Source: Geosiphon pyriformis uo1
Lineage: Eukaryota; Fungi; Glomeromycota
Reading direction: 5' to 3'
DNA length: 64,000 bases
Assembly: GCA_016748015.1 (NCBI GenBank)
Contig: JAAOMT010000607.1
Coordinates: 186,001 to 250,000 of the forward strand
Below are positions 25,860 to 40,272 of this stretch, piece after piece (position 1 is the stretch's first letter; every line of letters starts with the position of its first letter). The translations under genes were made by a program, and so were the position numbers. A model generated the notes under the pieces. The model was not told the DNA's origin. It searched no databases and worked only from the letters and a program-made list of their open reading frames with translations.

Positions 25860-28470
25860 GCTGTTCTGGCTGAGCTGTAATTTTTGGGTAGTCCAATCAA
25901 GTACAGTATTAGCTTTAGCCAGTCAATTATTACTAATGAAAGCTTTGTATTGGGTGGTTTTTATAATTAGGATTTTAATAGGTATGATAATGCTGTTGAT
26001 TTCAAAAGAAAAGTTATTGATTTTGCTGATTGGAGTTTTGGTAGCTCTATTAGCAGTAATAATTCTGGTATTGGCAGCTTAATCAACTTGGTAACCTAAT
26101 TGGTCCATGAGTTGTCATGTAATAATGCTGCCTGCTAATCTGCTGTTAAGAATCAGTTTGATAGACTGATTATTAACATTGAGATCTGTGTATATTGCAG
26201 TAATGAGTTTGGTGTTGAAAGTGGCTTCACTAAAAAGAGGCATTGTTGATTCTTCAAGTTTGAAGAGAAAGATGGCTGCAAGTAATTCATCTTTAGTAAT
26301 GGTTGCTGGAGATATATTGTTGGTGAATGGTTTTTGGTTGGCTTTTAGGTTGTGAGATGTGGCATCTTTTGGGATGACCAGAAGACTTAAATAGTTTTGG
26401 GAATTTGGATTTTAAGTGTATTTGGTCTCTGAACTCTACTGTTGTGATCCTGATGATTGGGTTAAGGAACTGGGAATGGGTTAGTATATAACTATTACCA
26501 ATCACCAGTTTTGTTGAGTATAAATGACTTTTGGCCTTTAATTTCTAGATATTAGATGAGCTGAATTTGATGGCAGTGTTTGAATTGATGGGTTTTGATA
26601 AATTATTTATGATGGTGAAGTTTGATAAATTATGAGTGTTGCTGGTTAATAAATTGGTGGTTGATAAATTGGCTGTGTAATTGGTAAGTAATAAAGCTGA
26701 TATTGATGTTGTTTGTTTGATAAATTGTTTGTGTAATTCGAAGTCTGAAATTAGCAATTGGAATTTTTATATTAATTCTCTAATTGTTATGTATTTAATC
26801 ATAATCAACAATCTTTTTGGATGTGTTTATGTTTACTGCAATAATAGCAATTACATGTTTTTTGTGACCATAACTGATTTGATGATAACAAACATGATTA
26901 ATTCTGGATCCGATTAGAATTTTCTGAATTTGCATGTCATTATGGTGGTTGATAAATGGTCTAATTGTTATTAGTTAAATATTTCTCTAATTTTTAATTA
27001 ATGAATTCCATTAATTGTTTCAGTTTTGAATCCAAGTCAGATGATCTGTTCATTACTAAATTGACAGCTTGGGCATGATTGGCTTTTAATTCAGCTGATT
27101 TTAAATATCTGACATGGTTAATGACATCCTGAAGAGTAGCTGGACATAATGAGTGTATACATTGTAATAGGCTGCTGTATAATCTGTGAATAAACTGATT
27201 CAAAATCTGTAATACTATAAAGTAGTTTGTATTGATGATCTGAATTTGATGCAGATTTTAATAAAAGCATCCCAAGTAAGTAGTGACTGCTTCAGTGTCT
27301 TCTTGTTTGATAGTAGTGAAATTAGTTGCTAAGTAATTAATACTGTTATGATTGCTAAAATATTGCAGAAATGCAACTTTGAATGCATTGAAATCTTGTG
27401 GTTTGTTTACAAGATTTTGGTACCAGGAATTAGTGGTGTTTTGTAGAAAGTACAGAATGGCTTGTATTGTTTTAATTGTTGGTGATTATTGCTTTAGCTA
27501 CATCATTAAGCCAAACTTAGACATTATTTTTTTCACTGGTGAATTTTTCTAACTTGGCAATAGATGCATATGCCATTGATGCAACTAATGGTTGTTGTGG
27601 TAGTTACTATTGAAGTAGTTGTTGCTGTTGTTGTGGTGGTACAACAGCTGGTGGTGGATTTATCACGATTTCTGGAGGTAAGTTTTGCTGATTAATAATG
27701 TTGGGATTTGGATCATTCTGATTTTGTTAAGTTTGATTAGTCAGGATTTTAATTTCTGAATTTTCTAAGATTGGATTTTGGTAGTTAAATTCTTGATTCT
27801 CATCTTTTTTTTCCTCTGATTCAGTTACTTCCTAAGGACTCATGGTTCTGAAATCTGGTGGAGGTGGTGGTAATCAAAATCTTGATAATGTTAATAATTA
27901 CAATTTAAATCTCTCAAAATATTTACCATAGATTTCTAATAGGTTGGCTTTTAATTGTTTATTTTGGAAGAGTATTTGTGCCAATAGTGTTTTTGTATTT
28001 GATATGAATACACCCACTGATGAAATGTTAATGGCACTTCTGGGTGTATAGTGGTATAATAGATGAATTGGTAATTTAACTCTTATTTTCTTCCAAGTAA
28101 GTAATTGTATTCTCTGAAATGTTACTGCTGGTGTTTATAGTTTTCTTTTGTTTTTGTTTGCATAAGTGATTAAATATCTTTGTTGCATGTAATTTTCAAT
28201 CTTTCTGTTAATTTCAGTAATAATTAATGTAAAGTTATAATTTACTGGTAAGCTGGTGTTTTGAATTAATTTGTTGTAAAAATTTCCTCTTGCTGATTCA
28301 GTATTTACTTGTGCTTCTAAAAAATAGAAAATTCTCTTGTTAACATAGAAATTAAAGGCTGATTCAGCTGATAAGTAATTGTTGGTTAATCCCAAGTGTT
28401 AACAATAATACTGAAATAAGGATTTGGTAAATTCTAAATGGTTTGTCTCTATTTTTTTTGATTCTGCCAC
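25860..28470 (-). pseudogene. gag: E3 gag and protease
   Basis: ORFs 28135..28395 and 26994..27203; protease LILNSRLAGS. Confidence 0.82.
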
Positions 28471-28532
28471 TTTTGAATGGTTGTTGTTGGTGCTGATTCT
28501 TTGTAGAATTATACCTCACAGGAAGTACTAAA

Positions 28533-29338
28533 TATTACAGGTAATTATTTGGAATTTCAAATCAAATAACAAACTTGTAACTTGGTGCTCAATAGCTAAT
28601 ATAGTTGATAATATCTAAAGGTTTTGAATGGATCTGAAGATTTTGGATTGAGTTTTTTGTATGATGAACAGAGATTTAACAGTTGATGTTTGTAATGTTT
28701 CTTAAGTAGTTTTTCCAATTTCTGTCTTCAGTATGGTGGTTAGTTTATTTTGACAGTTATGCTCTTTTAGTAAACTATCTATTAATTATATGTTATGTTC
28801 TACCCTTATCTTTGGATATTTTATTAGGCTATCTATGACATCAATTATTTAGTGTTTATTCTTTTAATCAATTAGTAAATAACCTGAAAGCAACAAAATA
28901 AATAAAATAAAGAAAATAAAGAAATTAAGCCAAAGCAATTAAGTTAGTATCCTGTCAATAGCTGTGATCAAGAGCTATTGTTTCAATATAGTTAAGTATT
29001 TATTGCTATCAACATAAAGTGTTAATAGTGGAAAATAAATTGAGATAACAAATAGTTATTTATTGATATTTGAGATTTGAAAGATTGCTTAAATAAAATC
29101 TAAACTGAGAGGTTTGTCTTTTTTTGTTTCTAATGCTATTGCTATATATACATAATTTTTTTTACACAAAAAATTCTTTTTCTTTGCTAGATTTTCTGCA
29201 AAATTCTCAATTTCCTGAAACATTCAGGATTTTCTGAAAAATTCTCTTTTCTCTGCTTCTATTCTAATTGGTTAATTTATAATTATGTGTTTTTCTCTTT
29301 TTGATTATGTATTATTTTCTTTTTTTCTAAGTGTAATA
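28533..29338 (-). repeat. E3 5' LTR
   Basis: Pairs with 3053-3934; PBS remnant to its left. Confidence 0.9.
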
Positions 29339-29342
29339 TCGT

Positions 29343-29788
29343 GTATAGTCAATAGATTGTTCTAATATATAGTGTCAGATTTGTTTTTTTTCTAATAATG
29401 TCTTTGATATTTTGTATTATCTCTGAATTGAATATTCTTTTAGATTTGTCAAAATATAATTTCTGAATATTCAATTTTTGTCCCAACTAATAATAACAGT
29501 ATAATATTGGAAGTTGTTCCATCTATTGATTCCAATTTTTTTTTGTGAGTTTCTTGGTTGGAACTATAATAAGTATTTTTCCAAAAGTGCTTTTCATATT
29601 TTATCTGACCAGTTTTGTGTTTGGTTTTGTGGTTGCTGATATAATATATTCTTTGTTTTTCTTTTCTATTTGGTGTTTTAATAGCAGATTGTTTGGTGGT
29701 TAACAACAATTTCTATGTTCAATTGTTGTTGGTTTAAGGCCTGAAATAATTGTTAAGCTAAGGTGTGAATATAATCTGGTATTTCCAT
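29343..29788 (-). pseudogene. E2 ORF3 N-terminal part
   Basis: aaaATG at 29786-29788: MEIPDYIHTLA.QLFQALNQQQLNIEIVVNHQTICY. Confidence 0.7.
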
Positions 29789-29854
29789 TTTTTTTGTTGC
29801 TTTTGTTACATATACTGTGGTTTTATATACTTTTTTGGTCAATTAACTTGATGT

Positions 29855-30612
29855 GTTTGAATCAATAATTATAATTAATTCCAGATTTCATGAAATCTTA
29901 TCTGATTAGACTATTATTTGTTGTACTTTTAGTTGTAGAATATTACTGATTAATAATAATGCTGTATTGTAGTATGGTTTTAATCAATTACTATGTGCTG
30001 CTTTGGCTAAAATTTTGTTGTTCCATCTCAGTTTGTAAGCTCTATTTCCTAGAATTTTTTTAATATGAAATGGTTTAACTAAGTCAATTCCAATTTTGTC
30101 AAATAGTTGTTTCACTTTAATTGATCTTAGTGGTTTATTGGATTTTGTTCCTTCTCTTTTTTAATAAGCATCACAATTTTGAACATATTGGATAATGTTT
30201 GGATACATTAATGGCCAATAATATTTTTTTTTGGTTCTTTCTATGGTTGCTTCTTTATGAAAGTGTCCTGCTGTTAAATCTGAGTACATATTGTATAGTA
30301 TTGTTTTTTTCTTTGATTCTGTAATTACTCTGAGTGGTTGATCTGAATTCTTTCTGTTTTTTCAATATAATATATTTTAGTAAGTGATAAAATATTTGGA
30401 TTGTTGTTTTATGTTGTTTTGTTCCTTTGGAGATAATTTTTTCTTAAACTGCTGAGTATTAATATAGTATTAGAGTTGTTAATATTTTTGTGTATTTATT
30501 TTTTGTTATATTTTTGGGTTAAAATGTTCTTAAATTTGTTCTTTTCTTTTTTTGTAATATATTGTATATTTAAATAGTGAAAGTTCTATTTTCTATCTAG
30601 TGTGGTAGTCAT
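29855..30612 (-). pseudogene. pol: E2 integrase (core deleted at ~30075) and RNase H end
   Basis: HHCC region joined directly to the GPY/F region; ~0.7 kb missing relative to E3. Confidence 0.75.
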
Positions 30613-31522
30613 TGTTACAGTTAATTATTTGGGGTCTCAAAGCAAATAACAAATCTGTAACTTGGTGCTTAGTTGATATATTGATAATATTGGTAATCTG
30701 AAGATTTTATTAATCTGAAGGTTTTGATTGGAGTTTTTTGTATAATGAACAGAGATTCAATAATTGTTTTATTTATAGCTTCCTAAAACCACAGTTTCAT
30801 TAATTTTTTTCTTAGCATGATGGTCAGTAATCTTTCTGGTAAGCTATCTTCAATTGAGTGTTCTACTTTTATTTCTGGGTCTTTTACCAGTGCTATATTC
30901 TGACATCAGTAACTCTGCGTGTTATTCTTTTTAATTAATTAGTACACAACAACAAGAAAATAAAGAAAATAAAAGAAAATAAAGAAGTTAAGCCAAGATG
31001 ATTAAGTTAGTATTCTATCAATAACCATGATTAAGAGCTATTGTTCCTATGTAGTCAAGTATAGATTACTATTAATATAAAGTATTAATAGTGGAAAGTG
31101 GATTGAGATGACAAATAGTTATTTATTAATATTTGGAATTTGGAAGGTTGCTTAAATTAAATCTAAACTAAGAGATCTCTTTTTTTTTTGTATTTTAATA
31201 ATTATGATTTGTAAGTCTAATTGACTTTAAGTTCCCTTAACTAATTTTCTAACTTTTGATACTACTGCTATATATTCATAATTGAGATTTTTCAATTCCT
31301 CAATCTTTCACACCAGAAATTCTGGAATTCCTGAAATCTTGCAATTTCTTTAAAAAGAATTCTGGAATTCTGGAATCCTGCAATTTCTTATATGAGAATC
31401 CTGCAAAACACTGGAATTATGCAATTCTTTTGAGAAAAATTCTGGAATTCCACATTTACTATGTCTATTCTGATTGGCTAATTTATGTACTAATATTTAA
31501 TTTCTATATTCTATGAATAATA
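30613..31522 (-). repeat. E6 3' LTR
   Basis: Pairs with 35703-36547; PPT adjacent. Confidence 0.9.
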
Positions 31523-31593
31523 TTATTCCCTTCTTTAATATTGAGCTTCTGCAAAATCTTCTAAATTTCTCTTTTGTATTAATGTTGTTGCTG

Positions 31594-34500
31594 TAATTTC
31601 TATTGCTATTTTTTAAATCTAATTTTTATACATGACTGGAGTTTTTAACTATAGTGGTCTGTCCAGAATATCCAAGTTCAAATCTTGTATCTGTATTATG
31701 TGTATATTCAAACATAATATTCTCATTATTATTATTGAATTGAGTTAATTTCTGCTTTATTGTAAGATCTAAAAGCGTGATATATTATTTAGTGTTTGAA
31801 TTGGAGTCTAAATTGTTGTTATTTTCAATGCCATATTAAGTAGAATTAGAACTATTGTTTTTTGTTATCATCATTGTCAGAGTTTAAATCAGGATTGAAA
31901 ATTGATTCTAATTCTAATATGCAGCTGTTGATTGGTTCATTTTCCTCTGAAATCATGTAGATTATGTATGGTAATAGATTGTAGATGAAGTCACACTTAT
32001 TACAATATTAAAAGTTACAAGAAATCAAACAGTGTTAACAAAGTCAAGTGTTTAACTGCTCTAAGCATTGTTCTTGCTCTTTTCTTATTGGTGCTAATTC
32101 TTGGTAGTGTTTGTAAAATTGCTCTGAATTCATTGGCTCTAAGACAATATTCAGGTTTGGGCCCCAGTCAAGTTCTATGAGTTTTGGTGAGTTGTTTTTG
32201 ATTACTCTGATTTCTTTAGGTAATGCTCCTTTGATTTTTGTGAATGTTATTTGCCAAATTTTGTTGTTGTTGTGTGGACAACTATTCAAATGTTTTACAG
32301 CTTTTTTCCAGGTGGCTTCTATTGATATCTTTTTTCTAATCCAGTCACTTATCAGAATCATGTATTGACACAATTTGTTACACATTTCTTCTTACTTAGA
32401 AATGTCATTCCATATTTTTTCATCTAAAAAAGTTTCTTCACAAGCCAAACATGATTCATTATCTTATTTTCTTATTTGTTTTGGTCTTTCAAAGTGTTTA
32501 AGGATGCATAAGTGGTAATAAAACTTAGTTGCCATTGGGTATTTCTTATTATTGCCACAGCATACACCCATTGATGACAATTTCTTGTCACAATCAATGC
32601 ATATAAGCTTTAATCAATGATAGTGAGACTGTGGTGGTGGAGAGTAGATATATGAAGTATACATAGAAGTAGTTGCTGGTTCTAATTTTTTTTCTTTTTC
32701 TTTTCTTTTCTCTTTTCCTCTCAAGTTCAATTTGGTGGTAACTTGCTTTTGTTGTCAGTTTATAGTATTTGGTCAATTTCCTGGGTATGTTCTTCTTTCT
32801 TCTTTTCTTTCTCTTTGTCATTCTAGGAGAATATTGGCAGCAGTTCATTGTGGTCATCATCAGCCCAGAACACTTGATAAGTTTCTCAGGTAGATTTCTC
32901 TTTTCCTTCCTCGAATTTGATAAGTGGTGCTGGCATGGTGGTAGTCTTAAAATGGCCACATGTGGCTGGTACATGTGTGTGTTAACTGTTCTGGCTAAGT
33001 TAAAGCTCTTGTATAGTCTAATTAAGCATCATGTTGGTTTTGGACAGCCAGTTGTTGCCAATGAATGCTTAGTACTAGTTTTCATTACAAGAACTTTGAT
33101 GGATATAATAATGCTATTAATTTTAATAGGTAAGTTGTTTATTTTGCCAATTGAAGTTTTGGTCACTCTATTGACTATTATGATTCTGGCACTGACAGCA
33201 TGATCAACTCAGTGACCTAATTGGTCCATGAATTGTCTTATAATGATGCTGCCAGCTGATTCACTATTTAAGATTAGTTTAATGTGCTGCCCATCAATTT
33301 TACCATCTGTATATATCACAATGATGAGTTTTAATTCTAAGATGGCTCCACTAAATAGCAGTGTTTTAATTGGTTCTTCAAATTCAAAAGAAAAGATGGC
33401 AGTAAGTGATTTGTCCTCAGTAATGGTTGCTGGCAGTATATTATTAGTAAGTGGCTGCTTTTATTTGACTTTTAAGTTGTTGGATGTGACATCTTCTGGG
33501 ATAACCAGAAGACTTAAATAGTTCTGGGAACTCGGATTTTGGATGTACTCAGTTTCTGAACTCCACTGGCATAATTTTGATTGTTGTATAGATGAGCTGG
33601 AGATTAGTTAATAGACTATTATTGTCAATCTCCAGTTTTGTTGTGTCATTCTTGGCCTTTGAATTCCAATTTGAGGTAAGTTTTGTGGCAGTATTTGGAT
33701 TTGTTGGGGCTAATATACTAATTGTGGCCGTGGTTGATAGATAATGGGTGCTGTTGGCTGATAAAGTGGAGTTTGATACATTGATGGTTAATAAATTAAC
33801 TGGTGCATTATTTGGGTGTAATGAGATGGGTATTGATCCTGATTTGGATACTAATTTGGAAGTTGAAACCAGCAATCAGGATTTTGATATTAATTTCCCA
33901 ATTATGAATTGATAGAAAAATAACAATCAGCTCTTATATAACCTTGTTTACCATAGTTGTGGCAAATATACATCTCTGTCTGCTATGATTGATTTGATGA
34001 AGTTAAACACGACTGATTTTGGAAATAATTAGAGTTTTCTGAATTATTGCATTGTTGTGGAAGTTGATAAATTGTTTGATTGTCAGCTAAATATTCCTCT
34101 AATTTTTGATTGATGGAATCACTGAACTGTTTCAACTTAAAGTCTAATTCAGATGATTTGTTCATCACTAGATTTACAGCTTGGACATGGTTAGCTTCTA
34201 ATTCAGTGGCTTCAAAATCTCTAGCATTGATGACTGTGACTTGTAGATTGGCTGGATGCAGTGGGCATATGTATTGTAGGATACTACTGTATAATCCATG
34301 AATAAATTGATTTAGAATTTGGACCATTGTAAAATAGTCAGCATTGATGACTTGGATTTGGTGCAGATTTCTGTGGAAGCATCTCAAGTAAGTAGTGACT
34401 GCTTCAGTTTCTTCTTGTTTAATGGTAGTAAAGGTATTTGTTAAATAGTTAATGCTATTATTATTACTGAAGTATCTTAGGAATTCAAGCTTAAATGTAT

Positions 34501-35639
34501 TAAAATTTTGGAGTTTGTTGATCAAGCTTTAATACCATGAGTTAGCAGTATTCTAAAAAAAATATGGAATGGCTTGCATAGCTCTGGCATCATTTTATCC
34601 ATTAGTTGTGATAGCTTTTTTCATGTCATTAAGTCATACTTGAGTGTTATTTTCTTTGTCCATGAATTTTTTGAGCTTTGTGATTGGTGCATATGCCATT
34701 TGTGTGATCAGTTGTTGCTGTTGTACTAGTGGTGGTTGAAGTTGTTGTTGTAGTTATTAAAGTGGCTGTATTGGTTGTTGAAATAGTTGCTAAATCAGTG
34801 CAATAATTGGCTTAATTGATAGTTGATTGATGATGATTACTAGAGATAAGTTTGGTTGATTAGATTGGAGTTTTGATTGTTTAGAGTTTGCTGCTCTGAA
34901 GTTTGATTATTCAGAATTTTAATTTCCAGGTTTTCTAGGATTGGGTTTTAATAAGTAAATTTCTGATTGTTGTCTTCTTTTTCTTTTAATTCTGTTATTT
35001 CTAAGAATTTGCAGTTTCAAAATCTGGGAAAGGTGGCAGTGATCAGAGTCCTGATAGTGTTGGCAATCATGATTTGAATTCTTTAAAATAATTGCCATAA
35101 GTTTTTAATAGCTTTGTTTTCTTTTGTTTACTTTGAAATAGGAGTCACTTAAATATTAATGTTGTATTTAACATGAATACATCTGCTAATGTAATATTGA
35201 TTGTACTTTCAGGTGTGTAGTAATATAATGGTTATGTTGGGGATTCGATTTTTTGTTTCTTCCAGTTTGGTACTTAGATTTCTTTTGGTATAACTGTTGG
35301 TGTTTGTAACTTTCCTTTACTTTTGTCTGTATAGGTAATGGGAAATTGTTGTTGAGTGTATCTTTTAATAGTTTAATTGATTTCTCTAATGATTGGTGCA
35401 AAACTATAATTTTATGGGAAGCTGGTGTGTTAAATTAATTCTGTGTAAAAATTCTTTCTTGCTGATTCAATGTCGACTGGTACTCCTAGGAAATTTTTGA
35501 TTTTTTCATTAATGTAAAAATTGAAGACTGATTCTACTAGATAATAATTGTTGTTTAATCCTAATTGTTGGCTGTACTGTTGAAATAAGGATTTGGCAAA
35601 TCCTAAATAGTTTGTCCCTATTATTTCTGTTTCTGCCAC
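31594..35639 (-). pseudogene. gag: E6 gag-protease-Cys domain-partial dUTPase
   Basis: ORFs 35430..35639, 33983..34525 and 32044..32385; protease LILNSESAGS; HNTDTRFEL. Confidence 0.82.
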
Positions 35640-35684
35640 TTTTGGAATGGTTGTTGCTGGTGCTGGTTCTTTGTAAATTTATAT

Positions 35685-35700
35685 CTCACAGGGAGCACCA
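35685..35700 (-). promoter_or_regulatory. E6 primer-binding site
   Basis: TGGTGCTCCCTGTGAG, 2 nt from the LTR. Confidence 0.8.
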
Positions 35701-35702
35701 AA

Positions 35703-36547
35703 TGTTATAGTTGATTATTTGAAGTCTTAAAGCAAATAACAAACTCATAATTTGGTACTTAGTTGATATATTGATGATGTTGATAATCTGAAGATTTTAT
35801 CAATCTAAAGGTTTTGATTAGAGTTTTTTATATAATAAACAGAGATTCAATGATTGTTTTATCTATAGCTTCCCGAAATCACAGTTTCATCAATTTTTTT
35901 CTTAGCATAATAGCTGGTAATCTTCCTGGTAAGCTATTTTCAATTGAGTGTTCTACCCTTATTCCTAGGTCTTTTATCAATGCTATATCCTGACATCAGT
36001 AACTCTGCACATTATTTCTTTTAATCAATTAGTACACAATAATAAGAAAAGAAAGAAAATAAAAGAAAATAAAAAAGTTAAGCCAAAATAATTAAGTTAG
36101 TATCCTGTTAATAGCCATGATCAAGAGCTATTGTTTTTATATAGTCAAGTATAGATTACTATTAACATGAAGTATTGATAATGGAGAGTGAATTGAAATG
36201 ACAAATAGTTATTTATTAATATTTGGAATTTGGAAGATTGCTTAGATTAAATCTAAACTGAGAGGTCTTTTTTTTTTGTATTTTAATAATTATGATTTGT
36301 GAGTCTAATTGATTCTGAGTCTTCTTAACTAATTTTCTAACTTCTGATACTACTGCTATATAACCATAATTGAGATTTCTCAATTCCTCAATCTTTTACA
36401 CCAGAAATTTTGCAATTTCTGAAATCCTGCAATTTCTGAAATCCTGTAATTTTTCTGAGAGGAATCCTGAAATTCCACATTTACTACATCTATTTTGATT
36501 GGCTAATTTATGTATTAATATTTAATTTCTATATTCTATGAGTAACA
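35703..36547 (-). repeat. E6 5' LTR
   Basis: tgttatag…gagtaaca. Confidence 0.9.
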
Positions 36548-36551
36548 TTAT

Positions 36552-39500
36552 CTCCAAATTTTTACTTTTAAATTAATTGTGATTAGTATAGATGTCGAAT
36601 TTTTGGCTTAAGTATTCCTTTTATTTCATAACTGCCTAATAGATAGCTAAATATTCTAATGCTAATATTCTATAATTCTTTTTGGCTGGACTTAAACTTC
36701 AGCTGGCATATATTACTGAATGTTTTTTTTCATCTGGTTCTCTCTGTAATAATACTGCTTCCAATACTTGACCTAATATATTAGTAATAATAATAAATGG
36801 TCTGAATAGATCAATACTAGTGCTTAAATGAGTTTTTTTCTTAAAGTGTCAAAAGCTTCTTGTTGTTTTTCAATCCATTTGTATTTTACATTCTTGGCTT
36901 GAAACAAGTAGAGTAATTGAGCCAATTTGAAGAAGTTTTGAATAAAGTGTTAGTAATATTCAGCAAATCCTAAAAATGTTTGTAGTTTTCTCAAATTTGT
37001 TAATACTGGAAAGTTTTTGACAATTTCAATTTTGTCTGAATCTGTTTTAATATTATTTTTGCTCATGACATGTCTTAGAAATTTCAATTCTGTTTTGCTG
37101 AAAAAGCACTTGGTTGTATTTAGTTTCAATCCTGCTCTTTTTAACCTCTTGAACACTTGCTGAAAATAATACAAATAATCATCAAATGTTTTTGAGAACA
37201 CATTGGTGTTATCCAAATATATGACTACTGATTTCCATAGTAGTCTAATATAAACAATTTCCATAAGTCATTAAAATATGACTGAAGCATTGGTTAAGCT
37301 GAATAACATGACTTTAAATTTTCTTTTTTTTTCTGATAGTAAATGCAGTTTTTTCTTTGTCAGCTGGATTTATGACTACCTGCCAGTAATCACTATTTAG
37401 ATTCAGTGTTGAAAACCATTTTTTTTCTTCAAAAGTGTCGAATAATTTCTGAATATATGGAGTTGGATAGCTGTTTCTATGAATAATACTGTTAAGTTTT
37501 CTTTAATCTACACAAAAGCAAAATTTTCCATTTTTTTTATGGATTAATATTACTGATAATAACCATAGATTTATTGATGGTTGAATTAATCTATTGTCTA
37601 ACATTTTGTTGATTTTTTATTGGATTATTTTGTAACTGACTGGTGGTACTCAGTATGCTTGTTGTTTAATTAGTATTGCATTTTCAGTCTTAATTTAATA
37701 TTGGATAATGTCAGTTCTGCCAAATTCATTTTTACTTGTAAAAATATTTGTAAAATTGTTAAGTAATATCTTGAACTGCATTCTTTGAAGTGGATCTAGA
37801 TTTCCCAAGTTTATTTATTCCAATTGTTCTAGTTAGAGCAAATAACATTTTTTTTGTTCATATATTGTTTGTAATATAATGTTTACATATCTACACAGTT
37901 GTAAAAAATCTGAAATAGTACTTGGTAGTTGTTTTTCGACTTCAGTGCTTAAATATCCTATGGTAGTTCTTTTTGGTATTTCAATAACATTTCCAATTGT
38001 GTTGTGGATAGGAATTTTTATGTGTTTTGGACTTTTAATTGATATGTAAAGATTGATGAGTTCAATTTTTCCTGATTTACAAATTGTAGTTTCTACTTCA
38101 AAAATTTGAGCTTGATTCTTTACTTTTCTTTCTATAATTAATATGTACTGATTATATGACAGAATGGAAATTAATTGATGGATAAAGATAATTTTTCTCT
38201 TGTTAATAACTTTTTCCTCTGCCATATTAACTGGTATGTTTATTCTATCTGTAGATCCAAATTCACTTATCTCTCTTGCTATTATTCTTAATTCTTCTTT
38301 TTTTTTACTAATATTAACTAAACTATTTTAATTAGAGATAGAAATATTGCTTGTGCTATCTTTTTATTTGGTTCAATAATATATTTTTTTTCTGAGTTAT
38401 TTTGTAGCATTGCAATAATATTTCCTACATATCTTGCATTAATTATTCCTCTTCTGATGTTAATTCTTTTTTTCACTAAGCTAGATTTAGATGCTAATTG
38501 AACTATGGTTGTTGCCAGAATTTCCAGTGCTATTTTCAGATTAATGCAGGTGTGTAAATGTAATTCTAATTTAATGGCATTTTTTCCTAAATATCTAAGA
38601 TCAAATCTGGCATCAGTATTATGTACATGTTTTGGCATAATGTTTTTATCATTATCATTGAACTATTTCAGTTCTTGTTTTTTTGTAAGGTTAAGAAGTG
38701 TAATATATTGTTTTGGGTTGGAATTAGAGTCCAAATTGTTGTTATTGGTATTGCCATTTTGGACTGAACTGGAACCATTGTTTTTATCATCATTGTTAGA
38801 GTTTGAATAATGATTCTGATTTTGCTTTGTAGCTGTTAATTGGTTTTTTCTCTTCAGAAATTGTATAAATCATGTGCAATGATGGATTGTAAATGAGGTC
38901 ACATTTATTACAATATTAAAAGTCACAAGGAATTAGACAGTATTGACAAAGTTAAGTATTCAGCTGTTCCAGTCATTGTTTTTGTTCTTTTCTAATTAGC
39001 TTTAGGTTTTGGTAATGTTTGTGAAATTGTTTAGGATTATCTTTGATGTTATTCAAAATATCAAAAGTCAGGATATATTTTAGTTCAAAAAGTATTAGGA
39101 GATTATTTTTAATTTTCAGTATTTTACTGAGTAAAGTATTTTCTGCTTTTGCACTTGCTATTTTCCAGATCTTGTGTTCATTATGTGAATAACCTTCTAA
39201 TCTTCTTAGTGCTTATTTTTAGGCATCATTAATAGGCTTTCCTTTTCATATCCAGTTATTGATTAAAATTGTGTATTGACATAATTTGTTACATGTTCCT
39301 CCTCCTTGCCCAGAAATGTCATTCCACATTTCTTTATCAGATAAAATGATTTCACACACAAGACAAGATTTGTTGTCCCATTTTTTTTGTCTTTTTGGTC
39401 TTCTAAATTGCTTGAAGACACATAGGTGGCAGTAATACTTGATTGCTGTTGGCTACTCTTTATCATTGTTACAGCATGTGTTTATTGACAACAATTTCTT

Positions 39501-39562
39501 GTCACAATTGACACAAATTAGCTTGGGTTGATGATAATTTGGCTGTGGTTGAGTAGTAATGA
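36552..39562 (-). pseudogene. pol: E2 pol segment: Cys domain, dUTPase, dUTPase-like, RT, RNase H
   Basis: ORFs 38318..38638 (dUTPase), 37833..38225 and 36950..37264 (RT, YLDNTNVF). Confidence 0.85.
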
Positions 39563-40220
39563 TGTTATGGTTGAAACCTATACTTCTTATTAATTATCAC
39601 ATGTATTAGCCACTAATGTCACATAATTAGTCACTCTATTTTTAAATAGTGATCATTGACCTGATCATTGACCACTTTTAATAGTTATATAAGCAATGAA
39701 TCTCTTAGCTGTAGAAAAGCATGTAAGAATTAATATAAAAGAAATCAAGGAAATAAAAGTAATAAAATAACAACTTTATCTCAATATTTCTCTTCTTGTT
39801 AATTTCTTTTTCTCTACCTTCAAGTATCTGAACATCTTAAAAATAAAAAATTACTTATTGGTTATTTTTTACTTTTTTCCTGAAACATGTAATTGCAGCA
39901 TTTAAAGATTATTGAATAAAACATGACTGAAGAGTACATCTAATACCTGATATTGAATTCTAAGAGTGCTGACATAAGGCATAGAATTATACCAATGTGT
40001 GATCATTTGTTGACAGTATGAACTATCCCTCTACTTTCAGATTTCCCAGTTATTATTTAAAAAGTATAGTGACTAAGATATTTTATGAGACTGATCTTAC
40101 ATATTGAATCCATACTTATTCAATTCACTCTTTAAAGTTGAATTCTTTTTGATTCCTTTTATCACTCTACAATCCTGTTCTCTTTTGCTATTCATTAGCT
40201 TGTTACTTCAACCTATAACA
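39563..40220 (+). repeat. E7 5' LTR
   Basis: tgttatgg…ctataaca; direct repeat of 56432-57088. Confidence 0.9.
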
Positions 40221-40226
40221 TAAAAG

Positions 40227-40243
40227 TGGTGCTCTCTGTGAGG
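40227..40243 (+). promoter_or_regulatory. E7 primer-binding site
   Basis: TGGTGCTCTCTGTGAGG, the same PBS as families A and B. Confidence 0.8.
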
Positions 40244-40272
40244 TTGTCAAAATCCACTTTGTTTCTTATTGT

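Larger units (their letters stand above)
3053..29338 (-). mobile_element. E3: full-length Ty3/Gypsy family A (~9.8 kb after removing E4)
   Basis: Paired LTRs 3053-3934 and 28533-29338; PBS ~28514-28530; TSD ttgt (3049-3052)/tcgt (29339-29342); all domains present. Confidence 0.9.
30613..36547 (-). mobile_element. E6: family A deletion derivative (gag-PR-Cys-half dUTPase; no RT/RH/IN)
   Basis: LTRs 30613-31522 and 35703-36547; PBS 35685-35700; TSD tcat/ttat; ORF3 tail fused to the dUTPase at ~31593. Confidence 0.9.
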
